NCBI GenBank assembly: GCA_016839785.1
Contig: JAEOTQ010000060.1
Location: forward strand, 1 to 35,709
DNA: 35,709 nucleotides
Direction of reading: 5' to 3'
From: Candidatus Hodarchaeota archaeon
GTDB lineage: Archaea > Asgardarchaeota > Heimdallarchaeia > Hodarchaeales > Hodarchaeaceae
Shown here: positions 18,846 to 26,980 of the stretch, in pieces
Numbering within the stretch: position 1 is the first letter of the stretch
Layout of the letters: every line of letters begins with the position of its first letter
Notes under the pieces: generated by a model
What the model saw: only the letters and a program-made list of their open reading frames with translations
The model's database searches: none
What the model was told of the DNA's origin: nothing
Translations under genes and position numbers: made by a program

Positions 18846-19250
18846 TCAAAAATAACTTCTGCTTCTGTAATCGGCTTCTATATACATGATTTTTACTTGT
18901 TTATCTTCTGGATTATATTTCAAGACTTTTAATAAGAAAAATTTTGATAACTCCCAGTTTTTTCGCTGATAATAGAATTTACCAAGTTTTTTCCAAGATT
19001 CTACAGATTTAATCCCGCTCTTACCGTCAAGAGGTCCTGAACTTTCTATATTCTTGTGAAAAATAGTAGTAGCACAATAGGGGCATTGTTTCAGTCCAAC
19101 TATTTTCAAATCCTGCAAACACGAATAGCAGATGAAACGGTGACAGGTATCACATTCATATTCCGCATTTTGTGTCGTGTTAACCTCTGTACATAAACAA
19201 CAATATACAGATGGATACTCTTCTCCTTTGAATGACCGTTCTAGCATCAT
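18846..19250 (-). CDS. C4C4 RING-like zinc finger plus TPR motif protein
   Basis: C-x2-C-x12-C-x2-C-x4-C-x2-C-x11-C-x2-C, followed by the TPR-like WKKLGKFYYQRKNWELSKFFLLKVLKYNP. Confidence 0.7.
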   Translation of the reverse strand: MMLERSFKGEEYPSVYCCLCTEVNTTQNAEYECDTCHRFICYSCLQDLKIVGLKQCPYCATTIFHKNIESSGPLDGKSGIKSVESWKKLGKFYYQRKNWELSKFFLLKVLKYNPEDKQVKIMYIEADYRSRSYF

Positions 19251-19423
19251 ACTCTGGGAAAAAGAAGAACTTGGCCTTATGTAAGGATTTCGATATTAGA
19301 AGTTGTACTCTTAAGCTTTAATATTTTCAACATCGATAGTATGGAATTGTTGATCTGATAAGAGACTTTAAGTAGCAAATATCTCAGTAATTCCTAGAAA
19401 AAAAACTTGGAGAACGGATTAAT

Positions 19424-20713
19424 TTGAAACTCGGGGCAATGCAGCCTCTTAAGAAATATAAATTCTTGCAAGAACAGGTTTTTGAAGGCTTCTGGCCGTT
19501 CAATAAATTCCATTCACCCACGAATGTATTTCTGTTACTCTTTACTTACTTCATCTGGGGACTAGGTCTCTATTTAATTTATAAAATTCCCATAAACTTT
19601 TTGTTTGCAGGTTCATGTGGTGCCCTTGGATTATTCTTATGGACCATGGGTATCTTTCGTTATGCAAATGCACTAAGAAATGTTGAAATTGAGAGAATCA
19701 ACAAAGTTAATCAAAAATTTTTGATTGGATTTCTTGAGAATCTGTTCCACCCATCTTCCATCATCTTGGGTGTGTTTATATTCACGATTGTATTAACCTA
19801 TCTATTTTCTTCCCCCTCTCTTGGAGCAGAAAACTTCCTTACCCGACTTCAATCTGAAATGAATGTAACGTCTTTACCTCCACTTCTTATGATGTTCATT
19901 CTCTTATTAATCTTTGATCTTTGTTACAGATTAGGCTTATCACTATATCTGATATTTACTCAAATTAAAAGAAACCTCCTGTTATCTAAATACCTGGATA
20001 CACCCTTATTAAAATCACATTTTTCCCCAATTAACATAAGGAATTTAGAAAGAGCAGATCGTTATCATTATTTATCTATCAGTGGAGGTTTTGCACTCAT
20101 TCCCCTTGGATTATTAGACCCTATATTATTCCTTGTCTTACTAAGTTATCTTCTTATAACTTTCGGCCTTTCGACTGCAGTTCTTATCCACCTACGCTTA
20201 ATGTATCTTCGTGCAATGCCAGATGGAATAATGAAGCTGATAAGATCTGCAAATTTTGCTCAAATTGGAACAATTCGACCAGAAAAAGTCCCTCATCTCA
20301 CCCCCACCTTATTTATCTTTAACGGGAGAAATTTTTTCATTGCAACATCAAATAAAAGTCAAAAAATTAGAAATTTACGCTATTTCAACAAAATTGCTAT
20401 ATATATCGATTCTCAGAATCAAGAAGATTATACTAAAAGTGTAGGATTACTAACTATTGGACGTACAAGAATTTATGGCTACGATATAAGAACGGGAGTG
20501 ATTTATTTTCTAATTATGGGATTTAGGATGATTCATACCTATTTCTTGTTTCATAGAAAGTACCCTCAATATATCAAAAAGTATTGGCGAGGGAGTAAAG
20601 ATCTCCCCAGAGCTTGGCAAATTTTTCCTATTTTAAGTAGAACCATTATAGAAGTAATTCCTGAACAATTCTACCTAGCAAAAGCTTCAAGATCGGATTT
20701 AATGAAATTTTAA
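19424..20713 (+). CDS. Multi-pass membrane protein with C-terminal PNPOx-like (split beta-barrel) domain
   Basis: About 6 TM segments, then AQIGTIRPEKVPHLTP...ATSNKSQKIRNL...IAIYID...IIEVIPEQ. Confidence 0.7.
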   Translation: MKLGAMQPLKKYKFLQEQVFEGFWPFNKFHSPTNVFLLLFTYFIWGLGLYLIYKIPINFLFAGSCGALGLFLWTMGIFRYANALRNVEIERINKVNQKFLIGFLENLFHPSSIILGVFIFTIVLTYLFSSPSLGAENFLTRLQSEMNVTSLPPLLMMFILLLIFDLCYRLGLSLYLIFTQIKRNLLLSKYLDTPLLKSHFSPINIRNLERADRYHYLSISGGFALIPLGLLDPILFLVLLSYLLITFGLSTAVLIHLRLMYLRAMPDGIMKLIRSANFAQIGTIRPEKVPHLTPTLFIFNGRNFFIATSNKSQKIRNLRYFNKIAIYIDSQNQEDYTKSVGLLTIGRTRIYGYDIRTGVIYFLIMGFRMIHTYFLFHRKYPQYIKKYWRGSKDLPRAWQIFPILSRTIIEVIPEQFYLAKASRSDLMKF

Positions 20714-20721
20714 GGTAGTGA

Positions 20722-21219
20722 ATGGCTAAATTGAGAGTGAAATGTGAAATTAACGGGAAGTGGTGTGAGCTCCCTGAATATATTTCACAATTCTTCATTA
20801 AGAAGTCAATGATTTACGTATGTACAATGGATCGGAGAAATAATCCATTTATCCAGTCATTGATTTTTGTAAATGAACCAGAGAAGTGCTCAATAATGTT
20901 ACCCGTTAAAAAATCTTCACTAATCGCAGAAAATTTAAAGCACAAACCCTTACTCACACTTACTTTAGATAAGACACATCCAACAGATCCATTGGGGAAC
21001 GAAGGAATAATGATTGAAGCAACAACCCGTTTATTATTGTCTCAAAATGAAGTACAGTGTTGTTATACTGATATTCAAAAGAAATACGGAATTGATGTTA
21101 CTACAAAGATCTTAGGAATGGAGGTGTTATCGGATTATATGACAATACAGGCAACACCGCGAAAAATCGTTTATTGGAAAGGACCATTTTTCCAAAAATT
21201 CACCTGCCAGAGAAGGTAA
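20722..21219 (+). CDS. PNPOx-like split beta-barrel protein
   Basis: YVCTMDRRNNPFI...SLIAENLKHKP...GIMIEA...KKYG...ATPRKIVYW. Confidence 0.7.
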   Translation: MAKLRVKCEINGKWCELPEYISQFFIKKSMIYVCTMDRRNNPFIQSLIFVNEPEKCSIMLPVKKSSLIAENLKHKPLLTLTLDKTHPTDPLGNEGIMIEATTRLLLSQNEVQCCYTDIQKKYGIDVTTKILGMEVLSDYMTIQATPRKIVYWKGPFFQKFTCQRR

Positions 21220-21255
21220 AAGGATTGATACTTATCCATGTTCAAGGTGTTGTAA

Positions 21256-21759
21256 CTGAAGGATCAAGATAATAAATTTCGACTTGGTAATGTTTTATCT
21301 CAGGAGTTCGGCCATAGCTGGCAGATGCTACGACAGGCAATCACAAATATTCCTGAACGTGAATGGAGTAAAAGAAAGAAAGATTGGTCATTTTCCCATA
21401 CTATCTATCATATTATCGAGACAGCTGATTTTTACATTGGAAATACTCCCGAAGGAATGGAATGGGGGAAACGTGCGGGGTATTCATGGGAAAATGATAA
21501 TGAAGAGGTTATTTTGAAACGAATCTCAAGCCTGACGAAGGAATATTTACTAGAATATCTTGATGAGATAGAAATTGAAGTTTCTCAGTTTCTGGAAGAG
21601 TCATCCGAACAGAATTTGTTTAGTACGGATGAATTTGATCATGGAAATCTGTTGATTATAAAGAAACTACTGTATCTCCTTCGGCACAATATGCATCACA
21701 TCGGAGAACTCAATAAGGTCTTACGGGACACAGATAGTACACGTATTAAGTGGGAATGA
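21256..21759 (+). CDS. DinB/YfiT family protein
   Basis: MLRQAI...W, YHII and LRHNMHHIGEL metal-binding histidines. The frame is open upstream of ATG 21325 to CTG 21256; the start is uncertain. Confidence 0.8.
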   Translation: MKDQDNKFRLGNVLSQEFGHSWQMLRQAITNIPEREWSKRKKDWSFSHTIYHIIETADFYIGNTPEGMEWGKRAGYSWENDNEEVILKRISSLTKEYLLEYLDEIEIEVSQFLEESSEQNLFSTDEFDHGNLLIIKKLLYLLRHNMHHIGELNKVLRDTDSTRIKWE

Positions 21760-21773
21760 TATGAATTTCTCTT

Positions 21774-22208
21774 CTATACTTCGTGCAGACTTTCAAACCA
21801 ATTCTCAAGGGATTCCAACCATTCGTTCAAAAAACCATTCAATTGAGCGAAAGTTGATTTAATAAGAGAATAGTGAATAAATTTCCCTTTTTTCCATCCT
21901 TGAATTAATCTAGCATCCTCCAGTATTCGTAAATCTCTTGAAATTGCTGGTTGAGATTTTTGTAATAGCGCTTCAAGCTCACACGAACAACGATCTTTCT
22001 TCCTTAAAGCATTTATGATTAATAATCTGTCTGTGTTTCCAAGTACTTCAAATATGCCTTTAAGAAATATAAAGCCCTTTTCTGATTTGAGACCTGTTGA
22101 TAATAACTTTAAACTACCATAATACTCTTCAGCGTTCTGTATATCTTCACATTTACCTAATAATTGGATAATTCGGGTTTTAAATTGTTTTTTGTCTATT
22201 TGTGTCAA
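21774..22208 (-). CDS. arsR: ArsR/SmtB family metalloregulator
   Basis: FEVLGNTDRLLII...CSCEL...SQPAISRDLRILEDARLI...GKFIHYSL. Divergent from acr3. TTG 22208 is the likely start; the ORF extends to 22256. Confidence 0.85.
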   Translation of the reverse strand: MTQIDKKQFKTRIIQLLGKCEDIQNAEEYYGSLKLLSTGLKSEKGFIFLKGIFEVLGNTDRLLIINALRKKDRCSCELEALLQKSQPAISRDLRILEDARLIQGWKKGKFIHYSLIKSTFAQLNGFLNEWLESLENWFESLHEV

Positions 22209-22237
22209 AATTATCACTATCTGACTAGAATAGATTA

Positions 22238-22265
22238 TTAAGAACTTCTGTATCATAATTCTTAA
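22238..22265. promoter_or_regulatory. Candidate ArsR operator (TTAAGAA-N14-TTCTTAA)
   Basis: 7-bp inverted repeat between divergent arsR and acr3, overlapping TATA-like sequences. The region is AT-rich, so chance occurrence is possible. Confidence 0.35.
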
Positions 22266-22340
22266 ATATATATCACATAAAGAAAATACAACCTATTTAG
22301 TAAATTCTCTTCAAGAACAAAATGCTTCTAGTGATAAATT

Positions 22341-23402
22341 ATGGGAACAACTAAATCTTTAAGCAGTACACCGGAGAAAACAGAATCCGCATTAAGCTTA
22401 TTTGAAAAATATCTCGTTGTGTGGATTCCGTTATGCATGTTAGCAGGAATACTCCTCTCGGAGTATTTACCGCAGATAAGCGAAACAATAGATAATATCC
22501 AAGTAAGAGGTATCTCCATTCCCATTGGAATTTGCCTTTTTCTAATGATGTATCCAGCAGTGTTAAATCTCAAAAGTTCGGAACTAAAAAAGCTTGGGAA
22601 AAATCCCAAACCCATAATTTTAACTCTTTTTTCTAATTGGATCATTGCCCCGGTTGTCGGTCTTGTGTTAGCCAACTTTTTTCTAGCAGGGAATGATCAA
22701 CTAATCGTTGCAATAATCCTACTCAGTGCTAGTCCATGTACAGCTATGGTATTAGTATGGGGATTGATGGCGGAAGGAAATCAAGAACAAAATGTGATCA
22801 ATACAAGTTTGAATACCATCACTATAATGATCTTTTATGCACCACTCGTTACAGTACTTACTGGTATCCAGAATATCCCTATCGACAGAGATAGTCTTGT
22901 TCTATCGGTTATCGTATTCATAGGATTACCCATCCTTTTGGGAATAGTAAGTAGGACTTATTTAATTTCAAAAAAAGGGAATCTCTGGTTTAATGACACT
23001 TATCGTCCAATTATTGGAAAAGTAGCGATAGCCTCATTACTTACAACGTTGGTTATATTATTTGCTTTAAATGGTAACACACTGATTGATAATACCGACC
23101 TACTTGTACAGGTTTCAGTTCCACTCATATTGGGTTTTATAGTTGTTGTTGGATATAATGTATTTATCACTAAGCTTTTCGGACTTCACTATAAAGAGGC
23201 AATTATTACAGTTATAATTGGTTCTTCGAGTCATTTTGAAATAGCTATTGCGACTGCAATTGCTGTATTTGGCCTGGGTTCAGTTGCCGCCCTTGGTACG
23301 ACAATGGGATTATTCTGGGAGATACCTATAATGCTAAGCATTGTTTATTTAGGCAAATATCTCGGAAAAAGATCCTTTTGGAATATTGAAGCACAAAAAT
23401 AA
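22341..23402 (+). CDS. acr3: Acr3 arsenite efflux transporter
   Basis: FEKYL, LFLMMYP, NWIIAP, SPCTAMVLVW, SSHFEIAIATAIAVFG and EIPIML motifs. Confidence 0.95.
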   Translation: MGTTKSLSSTPEKTESALSLFEKYLVVWIPLCMLAGILLSEYLPQISETIDNIQVRGISIPIGICLFLMMYPAVLNLKSSELKKLGKNPKPIILTLFSNWIIAPVVGLVLANFFLAGNDQLIVAIILLSASPCTAMVLVWGLMAEGNQEQNVINTSLNTITIMIFYAPLVTVLTGIQNIPIDRDSLVLSVIVFIGLPILLGIVSRTYLISKKGNLWFNDTYRPIIGKVAIASLLTTLVILFALNGNTLIDNTDLLVQVSVPLILGFIVVVGYNVFITKLFGLHYKEAIITVIIGSSSHFEIAIATAIAVFGLGSVAALGTTMGLFWEIPIMLSIVYLGKYLGKRSFWNIEAQK

Positions 23403-23403
23403 T

Positions 23404-24093
23404 TCAGAATGGTTTTTTTACTAAGAAACGAAAATGACCCCATCCTTTCTGGGAAAGGAGATTCTCAAGATTATAGGGAGTACTATAAACCTCCGTATAC
23501 ACCAAATCCTCAAGATGAAAATCAGCGAAGAAATCGAGCAAATCTTCCATATGGGAGAAGAAATGAGGTACTCCATCTTCCACCCCACCCTGAATAATCA
23601 GTGTCTGTTCATCAATAATTTCGTTTTCTTTTTCAGTAAAATGACAGTCCTTATCTTTCGTTAAAAGGGTGCCATAGAACAGTCCCCCTGGTTTTAATAC
23701 ACGATAAACCTCTGATATTGCTTTTACAATGTCCGATCTAAACGCGTGATATATCACATTAAAGCTAATAACTAAGTTAAACTTATTATCAGGGTAATCA
23801 ATTGAGGTTATCCGACCCTGTTTAACCTCAGCCGATAAACCAGCTTTTCCCAGCCACTGTTTAGTTGCTTGAACAGCTTCCTCTGAGATATCACTTGCAA
23901 ACACCTGATACCCTTGTTCAGCAAAAAAGACTGTATGGCGCCCAATTCCACAACCAAGGTCATAAACCTTTATTCTTGGGTCATGACCAAGCGAAAAAAC
24001 TAAGCTCATTGTAGGCCCATCTGGCAGTTCCCATCCGCTCTTATCCTTAAGTTCTAGCCACTTCCACCCTTCTTGAACAGATTCTTTGTTCAT
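23404..24093 (-). CDS. Class I SAM-dependent methyltransferase
   Basis: YDLGCGIGRH, ASDIS, FNVIYH and YRVLKPGG motifs. Confidence 0.9.
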   Translation of the reverse strand: MNKESVQEGWKWLELKDKSGWELPDGPTMSLVFSLGHDPRIKVYDLGCGIGRHTVFFAEQGYQVFASDISEEAVQATKQWLGKAGLSAEVKQGRITSIDYPDNKFNLVISFNVIYHAFRSDIVKAISEVYRVLKPGGLFYGTLLTKDKDCHFTEKENEIIDEQTLIIQGGVEDGVPHFFSHMEDLLDFFADFHLEDLVYTEVYSTPYNLENLLSQKGWGHFRFLVKKPF

Positions 24094-24114
24094 ATAGAGT
24101 CCTCATATTTCACG

Positions 24115-25050
24115 TTATGATACTTTTTCCTTTAGGTTATCTCTTCCGCTCGTTCTTGCCCTATTAAATTGTATGATAAAGGTAGAAATGAGTAAAATGA
24201 TTAAGCCAATCCATTCGTTTAGCAGTGGTATCTCCTCGAGGAATATCATTGAAAGGAATACGATTTGGGGGAACATCGTTCCATTAATTATAGAAATATC
24301 CATGGCCCTAATTTTCCGCATGGCATTATTCCATAAAGTAAATGCCAGAGCTGTGTTTACTACTCCGAGCCAGAGAATCATGCTGAAAGATGTAAAAGAA
24401 ATATACGGAATTTCTTCAAGGCCAATGGCAAATAATAACAGCAAAATGGAACCAACACTCATACTTATTGCTGTGATAAACAGTGGGTGAAGAGAACTCT
24501 CACGGTTTATACTACGACCGATTATTGAAGATAAGGCATTTACGATGACTAAACCAAGCCCTACAAGCAAACCTGAGGTAGACACAGTCACAAAGTCAAA
24601 CGGAAAAAAGTAACTTAGAATCCCAATCAACGCTATCAGAAAGAAAACGAGTTCAAATCGACTAGGTTGTTCATGGAGTAAGAAAAATGAGAAGACAATG
24701 ACAGCAAAGGGGGTTAAATTCAGGAGAAAGGATACTGTTATTGAGGGCAATAAAGATAGGGCTAAAAATTGGCCTCCTTGTGTGAAAGTAATGAATACTA
24801 GTCCATAAATAAAGAGCATAATCCACGTTTTTCTATCGTTTTGTTTCAAACTATTACGCTGAGCAGGGTCGAGGAAAACCAATACAAGAAGCACAAGGGA
24901 GCCAATTACGTATCTGAATCCTGCAAAAAATAGTGGAGGTAAATCTTTTAATCCAAATTTGATTATAATCCAAGAACTACTCCATAGAACTGTTACAAAA
25001 AGGGCTTGTGTTACCGCAAACAAATAATCTTTAGAAAATTGATTTTCCAT
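24115..25050 (-). CDS. DMT/EamA family transporter
   Basis: LWSSSW...LPPLFFAGFRY; two EamA-like repeats and about 10 TM segments. Confidence 0.9.
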   Translation of the reverse strand: MENQFSKDYLFAVTQALFVTVLWSSSWIIIKFGLKDLPPLFFAGFRYVIGSLVLLVLVFLDPAQRNSLKQNDRKTWIMLFIYGLVFITFTQGGQFLALSLLPSITVSFLLNLTPFAVIVFSFFLLHEQPSRFELVFFLIALIGILSYFFPFDFVTVSTSGLLVGLGLVIVNALSSIIGRSINRESSLHPLFITAISMSVGSILLLLFAIGLEEIPYISFTSFSMILWLGVVNTALAFTLWNNAMRKIRAMDISIINGTMFPQIVFLSMIFLEEIPLLNEWIGLIILLISTFIIQFNRARTSGRDNLKEKVS

Positions 25051-25205
25051 TTAAATACCCTGGATTCGAGCAGATTCAACGTGAATCTTTGAGTAAAATA
25101 AATTTATTTGACCAGTTTAAGTTTTGATTTATCATCATTCAAAAGGAGCAGATTAAGAACTAACATCAAAATTCTTTACTAAGAAGTTAGAGTAAGTGAT
25201 CTAAC

Positions 25206-26054
25206 ATGCTCATCCCGATATTTGTAGCACTGGTTGGAACTATAATCCTCAATATTGGGTTTGTGCTTCAAAAAAGCGAGGCAGGCAAACTTCCTCCTTT
25301 TACACTGAAAAATATTAAGGAGACCTTACAGCAAATTTTGAACTGTAGAAAATGGCTACTTGGAACATCCTTAACTACAATAGGATGGCTTTTTTTTCTC
25401 ATTGCAATAACGATGGCCCCTTTAACCGTAATTGCTCCCCTTAGCAATGCTGGTGTAATTATTCTTGCTAGTATTGCGGTTTTCTATTTAAAGGAGTCTC
25501 TTCACATCTATGAATGGATAGGTTTTATTGCAATCCTTATCGGAGTAATATTTATACCCATATACTCTATACCCGTGACTAATGAACCTGTCAAAGTTGA
25601 TACTCTACAACTTGTGTTCATAACAACTATTTTTCTTATAGGATTAGCAGTCTTAAGGATTAGTCAAAAGCTATTTTTTCCTCTAAAAAATGGCAGTATC
25701 TTAGGTATTGCTTCTGGAGTGACGGCGGGTTTAGGCTCTGCATTCACAAAATTGGTGAGTTTGGTAGGAGGGGAAATAATTCCACTTCTATTCGTGTTGA
25801 TGCTGGTAGCTGTATTTCAAATACTCTCATTTTTGACACTACAGACAGCCTTTCAGCAAGAGCGTGCAACAATTATCGTTCCCTTGTTTAACAGTTTCGC
25901 CACTCTTCTTCCCCTCGTCTATGGTGTCTTTATCTTCTCTGAAATTGTACCTATCGGCCAATTGGTGGGCATTCTATTAATCGTTCTGGGTGCTTCTGCA
26001 TTATTTCAATTTAGTGGGCAGGAGTTAAACGTAAATAGGCAGGAGGAGGACTGA
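25206..26054 (+). CDS. DMT superfamily transporter (NIPA/Mg-transporter-like)
   Basis: NIGFVLQK, WLLG, APLTVIAPL, LQTAFQ and ATIIVP motifs; about 9 TM segments. Confidence 0.75.
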   Translation: MLIPIFVALVGTIILNIGFVLQKSEAGKLPPFTLKNIKETLQQILNCRKWLLGTSLTTIGWLFFLIAITMAPLTVIAPLSNAGVIILASIAVFYLKESLHIYEWIGFIAILIGVIFIPIYSIPVTNEPVKVDTLQLVFITTIFLIGLAVLRISQKLFFPLKNGSILGIASGVTAGLGSAFTKLVSLVGGEIIPLLFVLMLVAVFQILSFLTLQTAFQQERATIIVPLFNSFATLLPLVYGVFIFSEIVPIGQLVGILLIVLGASALFQFSGQELNVNRQEED

Positions 26055-26905
26055 TGCCAGAAGGCCCAGAGGTTGAATCAGTTCGAAGAGAATTACTTCA
26101 ATTAATTAATCTAGTTGTCGAAAAAATAGCTTTTACTCCCCTTTCACAAAAATATACCAAATACCAAGGAAAAGAGGAAAAGTTCTCTCAATTTACAAAT
26201 CAAAAATTGCGAAACGTCCATCGCTTCAATAAATTCCTTGTATGGGAGTTTGATAAAGCTCCTGTTATCTTAAATCATCTTGGAATGACTGGGAGCTGGA
26301 CGATGATAAGCTCGTTAGAGGAATTATCTTCAAAGACTACTCACCCAAAGGTAATTGTAGAAATGCGCACCCCACCTCATGCAATCTTTGATGATAGCAG
26401 GAATTTCGGTCAATTTAGACTCTTTTCCTCAATAGAAGCTGTAAAGCAATATCCCCCAATCAAAAAGGTCGGAATCGATGGATTAGCAGAAGATTTTCCT
26501 CTTGGGGAATTTATCGATCGTCTTGCTGAACAACGTTTTCAAAATCGGCAGATTGGAGATCTTTTAATGGATCCTAGATTAGTGGCTGGTATTGGTAACA
26601 TTTACAAGGCAGAAATATTATTTGAAGCAAAAATACACCCTGAACGAACTGTCTCAACCTTATCAACTGAAGAAACGACATTGCTCGGGAAATCTATATC
26701 GAAAATTCTTTTAAAAGCATTCTATGACAAAGGAAGCTCCTTCGACGCTAGATATAAACTCCCCTCTGGAGAAAGTGGAGGAGCACAAAGATGGCATAAG
26801 GTATACCAACGAATCGATCAACCCTGTGACAAATGTGGATCATTGATAGAAAAAATCATACAAAAAAATCGAAGTACATACTACTGTCCCACATGTCAAG
26901 ACTAG
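26054..26905 (+). CDS. mutM: Fpg/Nei family DNA glycosylase/AP lyase
   Basis: MPEGPEV, HLGMTG, DSRNFG, H2TH motif GIGNIYKAE and C4 zinc finger CDKC...RSTYYCPTCQ. TGATG overlap with the upstream gene and a GGAGG SD. Confidence 0.9.
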   Translation: MPEGPEVESVRRELLQLINLVVEKIAFTPLSQKYTKYQGKEEKFSQFTNQKLRNVHRFNKFLVWEFDKAPVILNHLGMTGSWTMISSLEELSSKTTHPKVIVEMRTPPHAIFDDSRNFGQFRLFSSIEAVKQYPPIKKVGIDGLAEDFPLGEFIDRLAEQRFQNRQIGDLLMDPRLVAGIGNIYKAEILFEAKIHPERTVSTLSTEETTLLGKSISKILLKAFYDKGSSFDARYKLPSGESGGAQRWHKVYQRIDQPCDKCGSLIEKIIQKNRSTYYCPTCQD

Positions 26906-26936
26906 GTTGAAATACCCAAGGAAAGAAAAGAGAGGG

Positions 26937-26960
26937 TTGATGAATAAATTCATCAAAAAA
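26937..26960. terminator. Hairpin with A/T tracts between convergent genes
   Basis: TTGATGAA-TAAA-TTCATCAA followed by an A-run. Pyrimidine-rich tract downstream on the minus strand. Confidence 0.45.
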
Positions 26961-26980
26961 TATAGAATGTAAGTACAAAC

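Noticed and set aside
23404-24093. ArsM arsenite methyltransferase next to acr3
   Set aside because: It is convergent with acr3 and lacks the set of conserved ArsM cysteines.
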